From contig JBGAHS010000001.1 of the NCBI GenBank assembly GCA_044226015.1, positions 192,001 through 256,000 on the forward strand: a stretch of DNA of 64,000 bases, written 5' to 3'. Under the pieces are notes generated by a model that had not been told where the DNA came from, did no database searches, and was given only the letters and a program-made list of their open reading frames with translations. Below, in pieces: positions 18,309 to 27,728 of the stretch (positions within the stretch are counted from its first letter, which is position 1; every line of letters starts with the position of its first letter). The translations under genes and the position numbers were made by a program. The stretch is from Candidatus Obscuribacteraceae bacterium (GTDB lineage: Bacteria; Cyanobacteriota; Vampirovibrionia; Obscuribacterales; Obscuribacteraceae).

Positions 18309-20954
18309 ATGACAGAAGAGCCGATAGTCAAAGATGTAAAACGGGCAATGATGCCGTCAGTCTGGATAATGTTCTGGTCTTGTGTGATTTTTTCGTCGGG
18401 TCTTTTCATTCTGCTCTTGACCCAGAGCAAGACACTTTTGACTTCAATTACATCGGTAGGCTTCTCTTTGTCGGGTGGATTGCTGCTGATCTTTGCAACA
18501 CTTGGACTGGTCAGTCTTTTCAAACGAAAGAATGTAAGCGAGCAGGTGATCGGAGCCTTAAAGGATGACACGGCTGCTTTAGAGTCCAGGCAAGGTTCCG
18601 CGTTTTGGATCGCCTTTGCTGCGGCGTTGGGCTTGTTTTTGGAACTCATGATCGTTCGTATGCATGGAAACTCTGTGCAACTGTTTGCTTACTATAAAAA
18701 CGTTAGTTTGATGTCCTGCTTTCTAGGATTGGGTATTGGATACTCGCTGGAAAAATCACGTCCGTTGACGCTTGCGTTTTTCTTACCTCTTATTTCCTTG
18801 CAGCTTTTATTTCTCAACATCATGCGTTGGTCTGACTTGAGCTATTTGCTGCGAAATCCAACTCATGAGCAGGCCACTTTTGAAATCTATATGGCTTCCA
18901 CGGCAGCTGATTTTATGATTTCGCTGGGATTCATAGTCACAGTTTTCGTTTTTAACACAATCGCGTTTATTCCGTTGGGTCAACTTGCTTCTCAGCTCAT
19001 GAGCAAGAAATCTTCCTTATATTGTTATTCATGGAACTTGATTGGAAGTCTCGGTGGCGTCGCTCTTTTTGCGATTCTCTCATTCTTGTGGATGCCGCCC
19101 GCCATTTGGATGGCAATCGCAGCTGCAGGAGTACTTCTATTCTTGCGCCGAGAACGCTCATTGCTACCTTCCGTTTTTGCTTCTGTCTTTGCTGTTGGAT
19201 TGCTGGCAATGCCGGTTAGATCTTTTCTGTTCCAGCCACTGAAGTACGACATATATTCGCCCTATCAGGTTCTTACTGTTAATCTCGATCATTCGTGGCC
19301 GAAGATTTTGGCTAACAATACCTGGTTGCAGCAGATTGTCAATTTGAAACCGGAGATGGTGAGAACCTATCCCGATCAGCTTGGTCCTATTGCAGCAGCC
19401 TATGGGCTCCCATACAGGTATAAGCCAGCCCCGGACAACGTTCTAATTGTAGGTAGCGGCACTGGAAATGATATTGCCGCTGCCATCAGGGGTGGTGCTA
19501 AAGATGTAGATGCGGTCGAAATCGATCCAGGTATCATTCAAATCGGAAGTTCGATGCATCCCGAGCATCCGTATGCTAGACCACAAGTGCACATTATCAA
19601 TGATGATGCGCGCCACTATATTCGGCACTGCAAGAAGCGTTACGACCTCATTATTTACGGCTATCTAGACTCTACTAGCACACTTACTGCTAATTCTGGT
19701 GGAGTGCGAATGGACAGTTATGTCTGGACAGAGGAGGGCTTCAAAGAAGCTCGCGCCTTATTAAAGCCGGATGGAATGGTTTGTTGTACAGTTTGTATTC
19801 TTCCAGAACTCACTCACAAAGTTTTTCGCATGCTGCAAGAAGCTTTTGATGGACAAACTCCAATCGTTTATAACACCATCTGGGATTCTGGTTTTACTTT
19901 CATATTAGGAAACAAGCAAATTAAAGCACTGCCCGATAGTGATTTAAGTGGTGCCTCTTCACTTGCAAGCTTTCGAGAAGATGGAGGAAGCATCAAACTA
20001 GCTGAGACCGCCGCAGATAAACCTGTGAATTCCGCAGATAAACCTGTGAATTCCGCAGATAAACCTGTGAATTCCGCAGATAAACCTGTCAATTCCACAG
20101 ATAAACCTGCAAACTCCACAGACAAACTTGCAAATTCTAATGGAGCTGGACAGTCTTCTGTACAAACAAAATATGTTGTGCCTTTTAAGGATTTGACGCC
20201 AAGTTATATTGCTGATAAATCGCCTGTCGACATAGCAACAGACGACTGGCCATTTTTATGGATGTTCAAGCGTTCCTATCCACTTACATACGCGGCCGTG
20301 ATCGGTTTGTTGACAGTTATCTCGGTTTTTCTCGTAAAAAGATTTTTGCCGGCTAAGAGTGAGTCATCCCCAGGCGCGGCGACCTTTTCTTGGCCGTGTT
20401 TCTTCTTAGGGGCAGGGTTTATGTTGGTGGAAACCAAAGGAATTACCGAACTTGCTCTAGTTTGGGGAAGTACTTGGTTTGTTACAAGTATTGTGGTGGC
20501 AGCAGTAATTATTCTTGCATTCTTGGCGAATATGATTGTCTCCAAAACAGAGAAAACCCCAACAACTCTAAGTTACCTATGTTTGTTTTTGACACTTGCT
20601 GGCGGATTTGCTCTTTCTTACTTTCATGTTGACTTCAAAGCTCTTGGAGCCGACCTTGAGCGCATAGTAATGACTATATTACTTACTTTGCCGCTCTTCT
20701 TCTCTGGATTTGCTTTTTCATCTGAGCTGAAAAAATCTGGAGCAATAGGTGTTGCGCTGTCCTCAAACCTTCTCGGTGGCATGCTTGGTGGTTTTGTGGA
20801 ATACAACTCGCTTTTCTTTGGCTACAGGTCGTTGTATATCTTCGCCCTGTTGATGTACGTGTGCGCCATGATTTCCTCAGTCAAGCAAAAGCCGCAAATT
20901 AGTTCGACTGCTCCCGAAGCTACCAGTGATGAAACATCGGTGCCGTCGAATTAA
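18309..20954 (+). CDS. Multi-TM membrane protein fused to spermidine-synthase-like SAM methyltransferase domain
   Basis: SPYQ, VLIVGSGTGND, AVEIDP, DDARHY, YDLII, ATDDWPF and LGAGFMLVE motifs between TM blocks. Confidence 0.85.
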   Translation: MTEEPIVKDVKRAMMPSVWIMFWSCVIFSSGLFILLLTQSKTLLTSITSVGFSLSGGLLLIFATLGLVSLFKRKNVSEQVIGALKDDTAALESRQGSAFWIAFAAALGLFLELMIVRMHGNSVQLFAYYKNVSLMSCFLGLGIGYSLEKSRPLTLAFFLPLISLQLLFLNIMRWSDLSYLLRNPTHEQATFEIYMASTAADFMISLGFIVTVFVFNTIAFIPLGQLASQLMSKKSSLYCYSWNLIGSLGGVALFAILSFLWMPPAIWMAIAAAGVLLFLRRERSLLPSVFASVFAVGLLAMPVRSFLFQPLKYDIYSPYQVLTVNLDHSWPKILANNTWLQQIVNLKPEMVRTYPDQLGPIAAAYGLPYRYKPAPDNVLIVGSGTGNDIAAAIRGGAKDVDAVEIDPGIIQIGSSMHPEHPYARPQVHIINDDARHYIRHCKKRYDLIIYGYLDSTSTLTANSGGVRMDSYVWTEEGFKEARALLKPDGMVCCTVCILPELTHKVFRMLQEAFDGQTPIVYNTIWDSGFTFILGNKQIKALPDSDLSGASSLASFREDGGSIKLAETAADKPVNSADKPVNSADKPVNSADKPVNSTDKPANSTDKLANSNGAGQSSVQTKYVVPFKDLTPSYIADKSPVDIATDDWPFLWMFKRSYPLTYAAVIGLLTVISVFLVKRFLPAKSESSPGAATFSWPCFFLGAGFMLVETKGITELALVWGSTWFVTSIVVAAVIILAFLANMIVSKTEKTPTTLSYLCLFLTLAGGFALSYFHVDFKALGADLERIVMTILLTLPLFFSGFAFSSELKKSGAIGVALSSNLLGGMLGGFVEYNSLFFGYRSLYIFALLMYVCAMISSVKQKPQISSTAPEATSDETSVPSN
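20011..20136 (+). repeat. In-frame 21-bp tandem repeat (ADKPVNS), 6 copies
   Basis: CCGCAGATAAACCTGTGAATT three times exact plus 3 diverged copies. Confidence 0.95.
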
Positions 20955-21189
20955 CTGCGATCATGCGGACAAAAAACGTCTATCCAATACTTGAGAAATT
21001 GAGTTTGATTTCTCTATGTAAGCCAGCTTTCTAGGTTTTTAAGGAAAATAGAAGACTCAAGCGAACTGAGCAAAAATATAAACGATCGGATGTCAGTGCC
21101 TTAAAAGAAGATGCAATTGCATTTTTGATTGAACTTTTTTGTCAATAATTACGTTTATAGAAGTACGAGATCCGATCAGAGGTTTTTCT

Positions 21190-22188
21190 ATGAGTAAGGA
21201 ACCTAGCTCCTTTGCGCTTCTATATCCTGAGTTCAATAAGCAATTTCCCGATGACATAGCTTGTGTTGATTATCTTTTTGAGGAAGGCTGGAACAAAGAT
21301 AAGCCTTGTTCTTTCTGTGGTTCTTTGGAGTTGTCTGAAACTACGTCGTTTAGAGTACGAGAGTGTAAGTCCTGTGGAGCGGAGAACTGGATTTTTGCTG
21401 GTACCTTTCTCGAGAGAATCAGGCGAATTCGGGCCTGGTTTGCGGGACTTTGGTTCAGTAAAATGGGAGTGAGATTCTCTTGTAGTGAGTTTGCTCGATA
21501 TTTAGGTGTAAGTCCCGACACTGCAGAGCGCATTTCTAAAACAATTGCCCTTAACTTGCTCGACCTGATGGACTTTTTGCCAACGGTTTCCTCAGCAGAG
21601 TTTATGGAAATATTTGCTCGTAGAAGTACTGAGACACCAGCAAGAGAACATCCAAGAGTTGAACAAGATGAAATTGAAGCATCATCTCTCTTACCGGAGG
21701 TTTCGGAACAGGCTGATTTCGTGAATGATTCAAATGCACTCAGCGAACAGGAAAAATGTGTACTTGATCAGCTTGAGCTCGAACGATTCTCTACCATAGA
21801 TACCCTTGTTGAGCTAACACAATTGGATTTCTCTGATCTGGTTCAGATTGTTTCTTTGCTTGAAATCAAAGGTTTTATTGAGTCAAGTATGGGACAGCAA
21901 TTTAGATTGTGCAAAAAGAAAAGAGTTGCTTCAGGAAATCTGTCGGACTCCAGTCAATCAGTTGTTCTTGGCTTTATGGGCGATGTGAAACGCGTACCTC
22001 AAAGAATTAGCCGAAAATATGTCCAGTTGCATCTTGCCCTTTATTGGTCGGCTACTCAACGAGATGTTTGGGACAAGCACGATTTAATTTTCAGAATATT
22101 GGACAAAGAATCTGCCAGCAGAAAAGAGCTTCGCGACTATATTTCACCTCAACAAGTTCGAATTCCGATTGATTCCTTGGCTATTTGA
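21190..22188 (+). CDS. IS1595/ISXO2-transposase-derived protein (zinc ribbon, HTH, winged helix; no recognisable DDE core)
   Basis: FPDDIACVDYL..W...CSFCGS...CKSCG...AGTF...WF...EFARYLGVS..TA N-terminus; DprA-like winged helix in the middle; RISRKYVQLHL C-terminus. ATG 21190 after GAGG. Confidence 0.7.
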   Translation: MSKEPSSFALLYPEFNKQFPDDIACVDYLFEEGWNKDKPCSFCGSLELSETTSFRVRECKSCGAENWIFAGTFLERIRRIRAWFAGLWFSKMGVRFSCSEFARYLGVSPDTAERISKTIALNLLDLMDFLPTVSSAEFMEIFARRSTETPAREHPRVEQDEIEASSLLPEVSEQADFVNDSNALSEQEKCVLDQLELERFSTIDTLVELTQLDFSDLVQIVSLLEIKGFIESSMGQQFRLCKKKRVASGNLSDSSQSVVLGFMGDVKRVPQRISRKYVQLHLALYWSATQRDVWDKHDLIFRILDKESASRKELRDYISPQQVRIPIDSLAI

Positions 22189-22265
22189 TGATTTGACCTT
22201 GAAACAATCCATTGTGCGCAAGGGAAGTATTGCTTCTTATTTGCGGACGCGAGTACATTTTTTGA

Positions 22266-22320
22266 TTTCGTAGGCAAACGAACACTGCCTCATAGAGGCA
22301 GTGTTCATTTGCCTACGAAA
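22266..22320. repeat. 26-bp-arm inverted repeat (1 mismatch, 3-nt loop) between convergent genes
   Basis: TTTCGTAGGCAAACGAACACTGCCTC-ATA-GAGGCAGTGTTCATTTGCCTACGAAA. Confidence 0.92.
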
Positions 22321-22408
22321 CTATGTTTTTCCTGATTTTCTTACTTCGTTTTTAAGCCTAATGTTTGAAAACTAAATCGTTAACGATCTAGTTTTGGACT
22401 AGGAGGGG

Positions 22409-24301
22409 TCAGCAATGACAAGAACCGCAACCATCACAACCGCTGCACCCATCACAACCCCCGCATCCATCACATCCACCCGCGCAATCCCCACAACCAT
22501 GGCATCCACCCCCACAATCACCACAAGAGCCACAGCAGTCGGCTGACGAGCAAGCCTCGCAGCCGCAGCTCTCGCAACATGAGGTAGCCGGAAAGCAATG
22601 GTGAACATCTGTGCCACACGGGTTTATCTCACAACTACAGCAATTACTATCGCCTGCACAGTCAAAGCAATTAAGGCAGTCGCAGAAGCTATCATCACAG
22701 CAAATACCTCGATTCTTGCTGCCTTCCATCTCCCTCATGCGATCAGTTCTGCGTTTTCGTTTGCTAGGGCTTCGCCCCCCGTCGTATTCACCATCCTCTA
22801 CAAGCTCTGTGGAATCCTCTTGCTTACCAGGTTCGGCAAATGGGCTCTTTGGTTTTCTTTCGCGATTTCGGTCAGGGGCGTTGTTTCTCTGGAGAATGAT
22901 CTCAGCGAAGCTCACCTCAGCGGAACGGTGGTATTGCATACGGTGGCGTAGTGCCATGTTGCTTATCTCTCGTAGCAAGGTGCCCCATGCAATTAGGCTA
23001 AATGGGAGGGTTAGGCATTCGGCTTCCGAATTCGCCTGCTTTGATAATGAGGGAAATAGGTAAATGGTGAACCAGAGAAGGACGTACGAAAGCCCGAAGC
23101 GAGCAGAGGGATTCTCAAGCAGGCGATTTAACTCGCTTTCCACCTGCGCTATTCTGTTTTGCCAGTCCGCTGAAACACGCTCTTTTGCAGACGACTTGAA
23201 CTCTTTGTTTTTCTCAGAGCTGCATCCCGCCGCTGGGCTACTTAATTTGCGGCGGAGATTTTGTGCGAGACGCTTGGAAAAATCTCGATATTTTTCCTCT
23301 GACAGGCTTAGCGTTTTGAGCGAATTCAGTGCAATCTTATAGTTCGCCAAGATGAAGTCTCTGATTATTGCTTTCGCTTTTTGTTCGTTGAGCGACCTTT
23401 TCGCAATCAGTAAGTTGATCGGGTTAAATGCCCCACTCTTTTTGTCTTTTTGTATGTCATCGAGGGCGTCAAGACTGTAAATCATCTTGCCAAAAGCTTC
23501 TCCAAACATTGAAAGCTGTTTGCAATCTTCCTTGCTTCCGCAAAAATATGTTCCTCCTTGTTGAAATACTGATTTTGTGATTTCTGCAGTGGAAAACGCG
23601 CATCCTTCGAGAAACTCTTTGTTCGATAGATTTGTCAAATCTCTTTCGAGTTCAAACTCCATTTGACTTTGTTGGGTAGAAAGCTGAACGTACAATGGCA
23701 ACGGAAAGCCACGCTGCTCCAATCTATTGCTCGCCTCCACCATTGATGGCGCAAAAATGGATTCTACGCCCTTCCAAAATCGTTTTTGTTGAGAGCGTGA
23801 ATCTTGAATTTTGTCATCAATGTGTAATGCCGTTAGAACGATGTGGAGATCGGCCGCAAGCTGCAATTCTAGAGGGATCTTTCGATTCAATTCGTCAGAT
23901 GGGGGCGTGTCGAAGCAGTTGAAAGAGCGAAAAGATAAAGAGGGTGTACATGTTTCGTTCTTTTGGAGGTTCTCGATTGATTCGTTTGAGGCTTTCGCTG
24001 CATCATTTACTAACGCCGCTATGTAATCGGCGCATGTGGTTGTACCAGCAGAAAGTGTTTCCGCGTTTACTTGATCATGATCGGCTGGAACATGTTGCCT
24101 ATCTGCTCTTTCGTTTTTGCCTGGGGAGGTCAATGCTGACAGCAGTTCAGCATAGAAGACCAAATCATTATTTAGCAGGAAGCGTGGCATTTGTCCGTAT
24201 AGACTTCCTATGGTTTTGCAGGTTCCGCAATAAAAAAAACGTCTCTCTTCTTTTTGCGCTGTTGTTAGCTGGCATTGGGACAAATTCATCAGACCAAACA
24301 T
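22409..24301 (-). CDS. DUF5685-like protein with very Cys-rich C-terminal tail
   Basis: MFG...FYCGTCK..G..YG...R..LNND.VF N-terminus; IDDKIQD and LDALDDIQKD acidic motifs; 31 Cys in the last 99 aa. Confidence 0.75.
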   Translation of the reverse strand: MFGLMNLSQCQLTTAQKEERRFFYCGTCKTIGSLYGQMPRFLLNNDLVFYAELLSALTSPGKNERADRQHVPADHDQVNAETLSAGTTTCADYIAALVNDAAKASNESIENLQKNETCTPSLSFRSFNCFDTPPSDELNRKIPLELQLAADLHIVLTALHIDDKIQDSRSQQKRFWKGVESIFAPSMVEASNRLEQRGFPLPLYVQLSTQQSQMEFELERDLTNLSNKEFLEGCAFSTAEITKSVFQQGGTYFCGSKEDCKQLSMFGEAFGKMIYSLDALDDIQKDKKSGAFNPINLLIAKRSLNEQKAKAIIRDFILANYKIALNSLKTLSLSEEKYRDFSKRLAQNLRRKLSSPAAGCSSEKNKEFKSSAKERVSADWQNRIAQVESELNRLLENPSARFGLSYVLLWFTIYLFPSLSKQANSEAECLTLPFSLIAWGTLLREISNMALRHRMQYHRSAEVSFAEIILQRNNAPDRNRERKPKSPFAEPGKQEDSTELVEDGEYDGGRSPSKRKRRTDRMREMEGSKNRGICCDDSFCDCLNCFDCAGDSNCCSCEINPCGTDVHHCFPATSCCESCGCEACSSADCCGSCGDCGGGCHGCGDCAGGCDGCGGCDGCSGCDGCGSCHC

Positions 24302-24595
24302 CTAGCTTGCAAACTCCTTTTAATAGCTGTCATCGAGAAAATAGCCATGCAACAACCAAGATTAGAATGGGTTAATTCTAATTGAGATTTGGAAAAGCTC
24401 TTCTATTGAAACAATTTCTTCAACAATTTCTTCTGAGAATAGGTTTGCTGAGAAAACACAATTTTTTGGTTGTAGTGCTTTGTTATTTGGTGGACGATCA
24501 GCAGGAGTCTACGAACAGAGTGGGTGTTCGCAATTAAATGTGAGTTGATGAGTAAGCAACGCAATGCTCTTGAAGTCGGAGCTATGCCAGAGTCT

Positions 24596-25588
24596 CTATC
24601 TTGTGATAGGTTTGCGGTCTTTCGAGCGAGAATAGACACCACTGCTCAAGTCAGCAGGCTGCCCGCAAAAATGTGCTGCCGCAGCCACCATAGCAGCGTT
24701 GTCTGTACAGTATTTCATTTTTGGATAATAGACAGGAACGGGAGATTGGTCATCAAACTTAGCTCGCAAGGTTTTGTTTGCCGCAACACCGCCAGCTAGC
24801 ACTATATATGGTGCCGCAAACTCTTCTTGTGCTTTCAGTGTTTTTTTTACCAGCACTCGGGTGACGGCCTCTTGAAACGATGCTGCAATATCTGCAATTG
24901 GCAGAGTTCCTTCGAGCTTTTGCACTGTTCGTAAAACTGAAGTTTTCAGTCCGCTGAAGCTGAAGTTATATCCGGATACGACGCCCTCGGGGAAAGCGAA
25001 CGCGTCTTTGTTTCCGGACTGAGCTAATCTGTCTATTTCTGCACCACCTGGATACGGGAGTCCGAGTAATCGAGCCACTTTGTCATAGGCTTCCCCGGCT
25101 GCATCATCGAGGGTTTTTCCCAATACCTCTGCTTCAGTGTAGTCTTTGAAATAGACAATTTGACTATGTCCACCGCTTACCAGCAAAGCTATAAAAGGTG
25201 GTTTCAAATCTGTTTCAAGAAAATTTGCTGCTACGTGAGCCAATAGATGATCTACTGCTATCAGCGGTTTTTCGAAAGTCCACGCTAAAGATTTTGCTGC
25301 AAGCAGCCCAGTCAGAAGTGTGCCTATCAGACCTGGACCCGCCGTGTAGGCGATTGCGTCCAGTTCTTCAAAACTAAGCTTTGCTTGGAGCATCGCTTCA
25401 TCGATAACTTGATTAATTGTTTCCAGATGCTGCCGAGCTGCAACTTCAGGGACGACTCCCCCAAAAACTTTGTGAGTCTCAACCTGTGACAAGAGACAGC
25501 TTGAAAGAACCTCCCTCCCATCTCTGACTACAGCTGCTGCCGTTTCGTCACAACTACTTTCGATACCAAGATAAACAGGCATTTGCAC
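24596..25588 (-). CDS. tsaD: tRNA N6-threonylcarbamoyladenosine transferase TsaD
   Basis: LGIESSCDET, GGVVPEVAARQH, HLLAH, VSGGH, DDAAGEAYDK, GGVAAN, TDNAAM. Confidence 0.97.
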   Translation of the reverse strand: MQMPVYLGIESSCDETAAAVVRDGREVLSSCLLSQVETHKVFGGVVPEVAARQHLETINQVIDEAMLQAKLSFEELDAIAYTAGPGLIGTLLTGLLAAKSLAWTFEKPLIAVDHLLAHVAANFLETDLKPPFIALLVSGGHSQIVYFKDYTEAEVLGKTLDDAAGEAYDKVARLLGLPYPGGAEIDRLAQSGNKDAFAFPEGVVSGYNFSFSGLKTSVLRTVQKLEGTLPIADIAASFQEAVTRVLVKKTLKAQEEFAAPYIVLAGGVAANKTLRAKFDDQSPVPVYYPKMKYCTDNAAMVAAAAHFCGQPADLSSGVYSRSKDRKPITR

Positions 25589-25907
25589 TCCTCTGGGTGA
25601 CTTTAGTTTAGCTAATTTCCCGTTTCTAGAAGCTTTTCGAACATTTCTTTGTTCATCTTCCGAATTAATCTGTCATGTCGACGAGAAGTTGCTTTTTTGT
25701 CTTTCGCTTTTTGTGAAGAATGGGCTAAATGCTTTTCTGACGTGCCTCTTCTGTGGTTTGACAGCTATACTTCAGGAGGGTAGGATCAAAGCATCCGGCT
25801 AATTTTGAGCCCCCTGGGGTTAAAAGTGTACTGACCTGGAATTCAAAGCTTCATGGTCTGAAGCTGTAAAATCCAGTAAATTAGCCAGAAAAACAGATGA
25901 AATCAAG

Positions 25908-25936
25908 TTGACAAGCGGGGTGCGCTGGAGTACGAT
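25908..25936 (+). promoter_or_regulatory. Sigma70-type promoter
   Basis: TTGACA (25908-25913), 17-nt spacer, TACGAT (25931-25936), about 77 nt upstream of ATG 26013. Confidence 0.7.
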
Positions 25937-26012
25937 CCACCTATCTGTAAAGACAGAACTTACTACCAGTGCGAATCGAATATTCAGTGACCGACCAATT
26001 CAGAGGTTCCAG

Positions 26013-26594
26013 ATGAAAAAGAGTATATTGCTCAGTGCAAGCCTCATAAGCATGGTCTTTTGCTCTGTGCCAGTCATGGCCCAGATGCCTGGAGATCAAG
26101 GTGCCCTCAACTCAGGGGCCTCCCCTGGTACACAGGGTGGCTACGGTCACAGCAGCTGGAGATTCACTGAGACCCCATGGGACTACCAGCAAGTGGACAG
26201 TCCAGGACATGCGGGGATCGCTCCGCAAGGATGGGCGAATACAACCCTTCCGCAGGGCGCTGGCTCACCGAATGGACCGAAACTCTTCGGAACTAGTGGC
26301 AAGAACGCTGGACCATTCGGTCAAAGTGGTGCAGCCACTGCAGCTCCCTTCCAAGGAACCTACTTTGCTCCCGGCAGCTTTGCTCTCCGGCAGCAAGGAC
26401 GTTTCACCTTGCCACCTACGGAGTTGACCAGCATCATTCGAGATTCGGGCATGAGCTTCTCAACCTACGGTGACGAAGGAACAAACGGACCTCCGCCTCT
26501 CAGCGATTTCACCACAATCGATGGTGGGCTCAGTGACCAGATGACTACTGGACACCAGAGTGATGCTCCTTCAGCTTGGGGATATCCCCAGTAA
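26013..26594 (+). CDS. Secreted Gly/Pro/Gln-rich hypothetical protein
   Basis: GAGG RBS, MKKSILL...PVMA signal peptide, flanked by promoter and terminator. Confidence 0.8.
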   Translation: MKKSILLSASLISMVFCSVPVMAQMPGDQGALNSGASPGTQGGYGHSSWRFTETPWDYQQVDSPGHAGIAPQGWANTTLPQGAGSPNGPKLFGTSGKNAGPFGQSGAATAAPFQGTYFAPGSFALRQQGRFTLPPTELTSIIRDSGMSFSTYGDEGTNGPPPLSDFTTIDGGLSDQMTTGHQSDAPSAWGYPQ

Positions 26595-26615
26595 CCTGTA
26601 ACTACAATATTGATG

Positions 26616-26651
26616 AAAGGCTCGGCATCATATAGCTGAGCCTTTTCATTT
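26616..26651 (+). terminator. Intrinsic terminator
   Basis: AAAGGCTCGGC-ATCATATA-GCTGAGCCTTT then TCATTT. Confidence 0.75.
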
Positions 26652-26901
26652 TGAGCGCCTGGTATATCGGTGTGCGTTTTTGTTTCGGCACATCGCTGAG
26701 CATTTTATTTTGAGCAGCCGGTTTAGCTGAGCTCGTCGCATCGCTGAGCGTTTTTTGTTTCGGGCATATAGCTGAGCGCTAATTTTGAGCCTTCTTATTT
26801 TGAGCGCCTGGCATATCGGTGAGCGTTTTGTTTCGGGCATATAGCTGAGCCTTTTATTTGAGCAGCCGGTATAGCTGAGCGGGTTTATTTTGGGCAGCAG
26901 G
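26630..26901. repeat. Degenerate tandem array (about 9 units of TATAGCTGAGC-N-TTTT(A/G)TTT-GAGC/CGGGC)
   Basis: Recurrent GCTGAGC cores followed by T-tracts at about 26-32 nt spacing. Confidence 0.85.
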
Positions 26902-27000
26902 CTGACTACCAAACGGTTGTTGAACTGTTCGTGAGAGTGCATTTCGAAAGTCTGAGACTGCTTCAATAGTTCCATACCCATTGAACGAGAGGATACGAAA

Positions 27001-27351
27001 ATGAGCCACAACGAAGAAAGAGCCAAGAAGGCAGAGGACGAAAAAACGGCGGGTATAGCCGGAGCAGGAGCAGGCGTTCTTGCTGGTGCGCAGGTAGGCA
27101 CCGTCATTCTTCCTATTCCGGTGGTAGGTACCTTCACCGGTGCTTTAGTTGGTGGCATGATCGGCAGCAAAATTGGCAAGAAAGTTGGTGGCACTCTCAT
27201 GGAAAAATGGAATAGTTGCACGAACGACAAAAGTTACGCGCAGCAATCTGAACTGACCAGGGAGTTGGAGAGACTCGCTAAACTGAAAGAGCAGGGTGTC
27301 TTGAGCGAAGATGAGTTCAAGGCTGCTAAGGCTAAATTGCTCGGGTTTTAG
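27001..27351 (+). CDS. Glycine-zipper membrane protein with C-terminal SHOCT domain
   Basis: GAGAGVLAGAQVG..IPIPVVG...GALVGG; ELERLAKLKEQGVLSEDEFKAAKAKLL. Confidence 0.88.
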   Translation: MSHNEERAKKAEDEKTAGIAGAGAGVLAGAQVGTVILPIPVVGTFTGALVGGMIGSKIGKKVGGTLMEKWNSCTNDKSYAQQSELTRELERLAKLKEQGVLSEDEFKAAKAKLLGF

Positions 27352-27728
27352 TTGGAATAGCGGATTTTGCAATTGAAACGTTGCGGATTCGGATGCGCTT
27401 GCGCATTATCCGAATTGCAGCACAAGTTGCGCACACTGATACAGATTTTCCTGCCTCTGAGATCATTGCTAGATATTCTCCATCCACTACAAAAAACCTC
27501 TATTCTCCACGTGAAACGCTCTATGGTCTCCTCATCTGACCGTACATCGACACTTTTTCTCCAAGTCATTGCGTACCATATGTGCCTCCGTCAATAAACT
27601 TTCGCGCAGAGATGCAGGCTGTACGTTTGCGTTTGCTGACTCACGACTTTCATTGAATTCAGGCATTTGAAATTTCCTTATCACCAACAAAATTATTTTG
27701 AATCTTGGAGAGTGAGATCCCCGTGAAA

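Noticed and set aside
21139..22320. Intact IS1595 element
   Set aside because: No DDE motifs, terminal inverted repeats or target duplication could be identified.
26646..27230. 194-aa minus-strand ORF
   Set aside because: Antisense to the SHOCT gene and extended by a repeat array.
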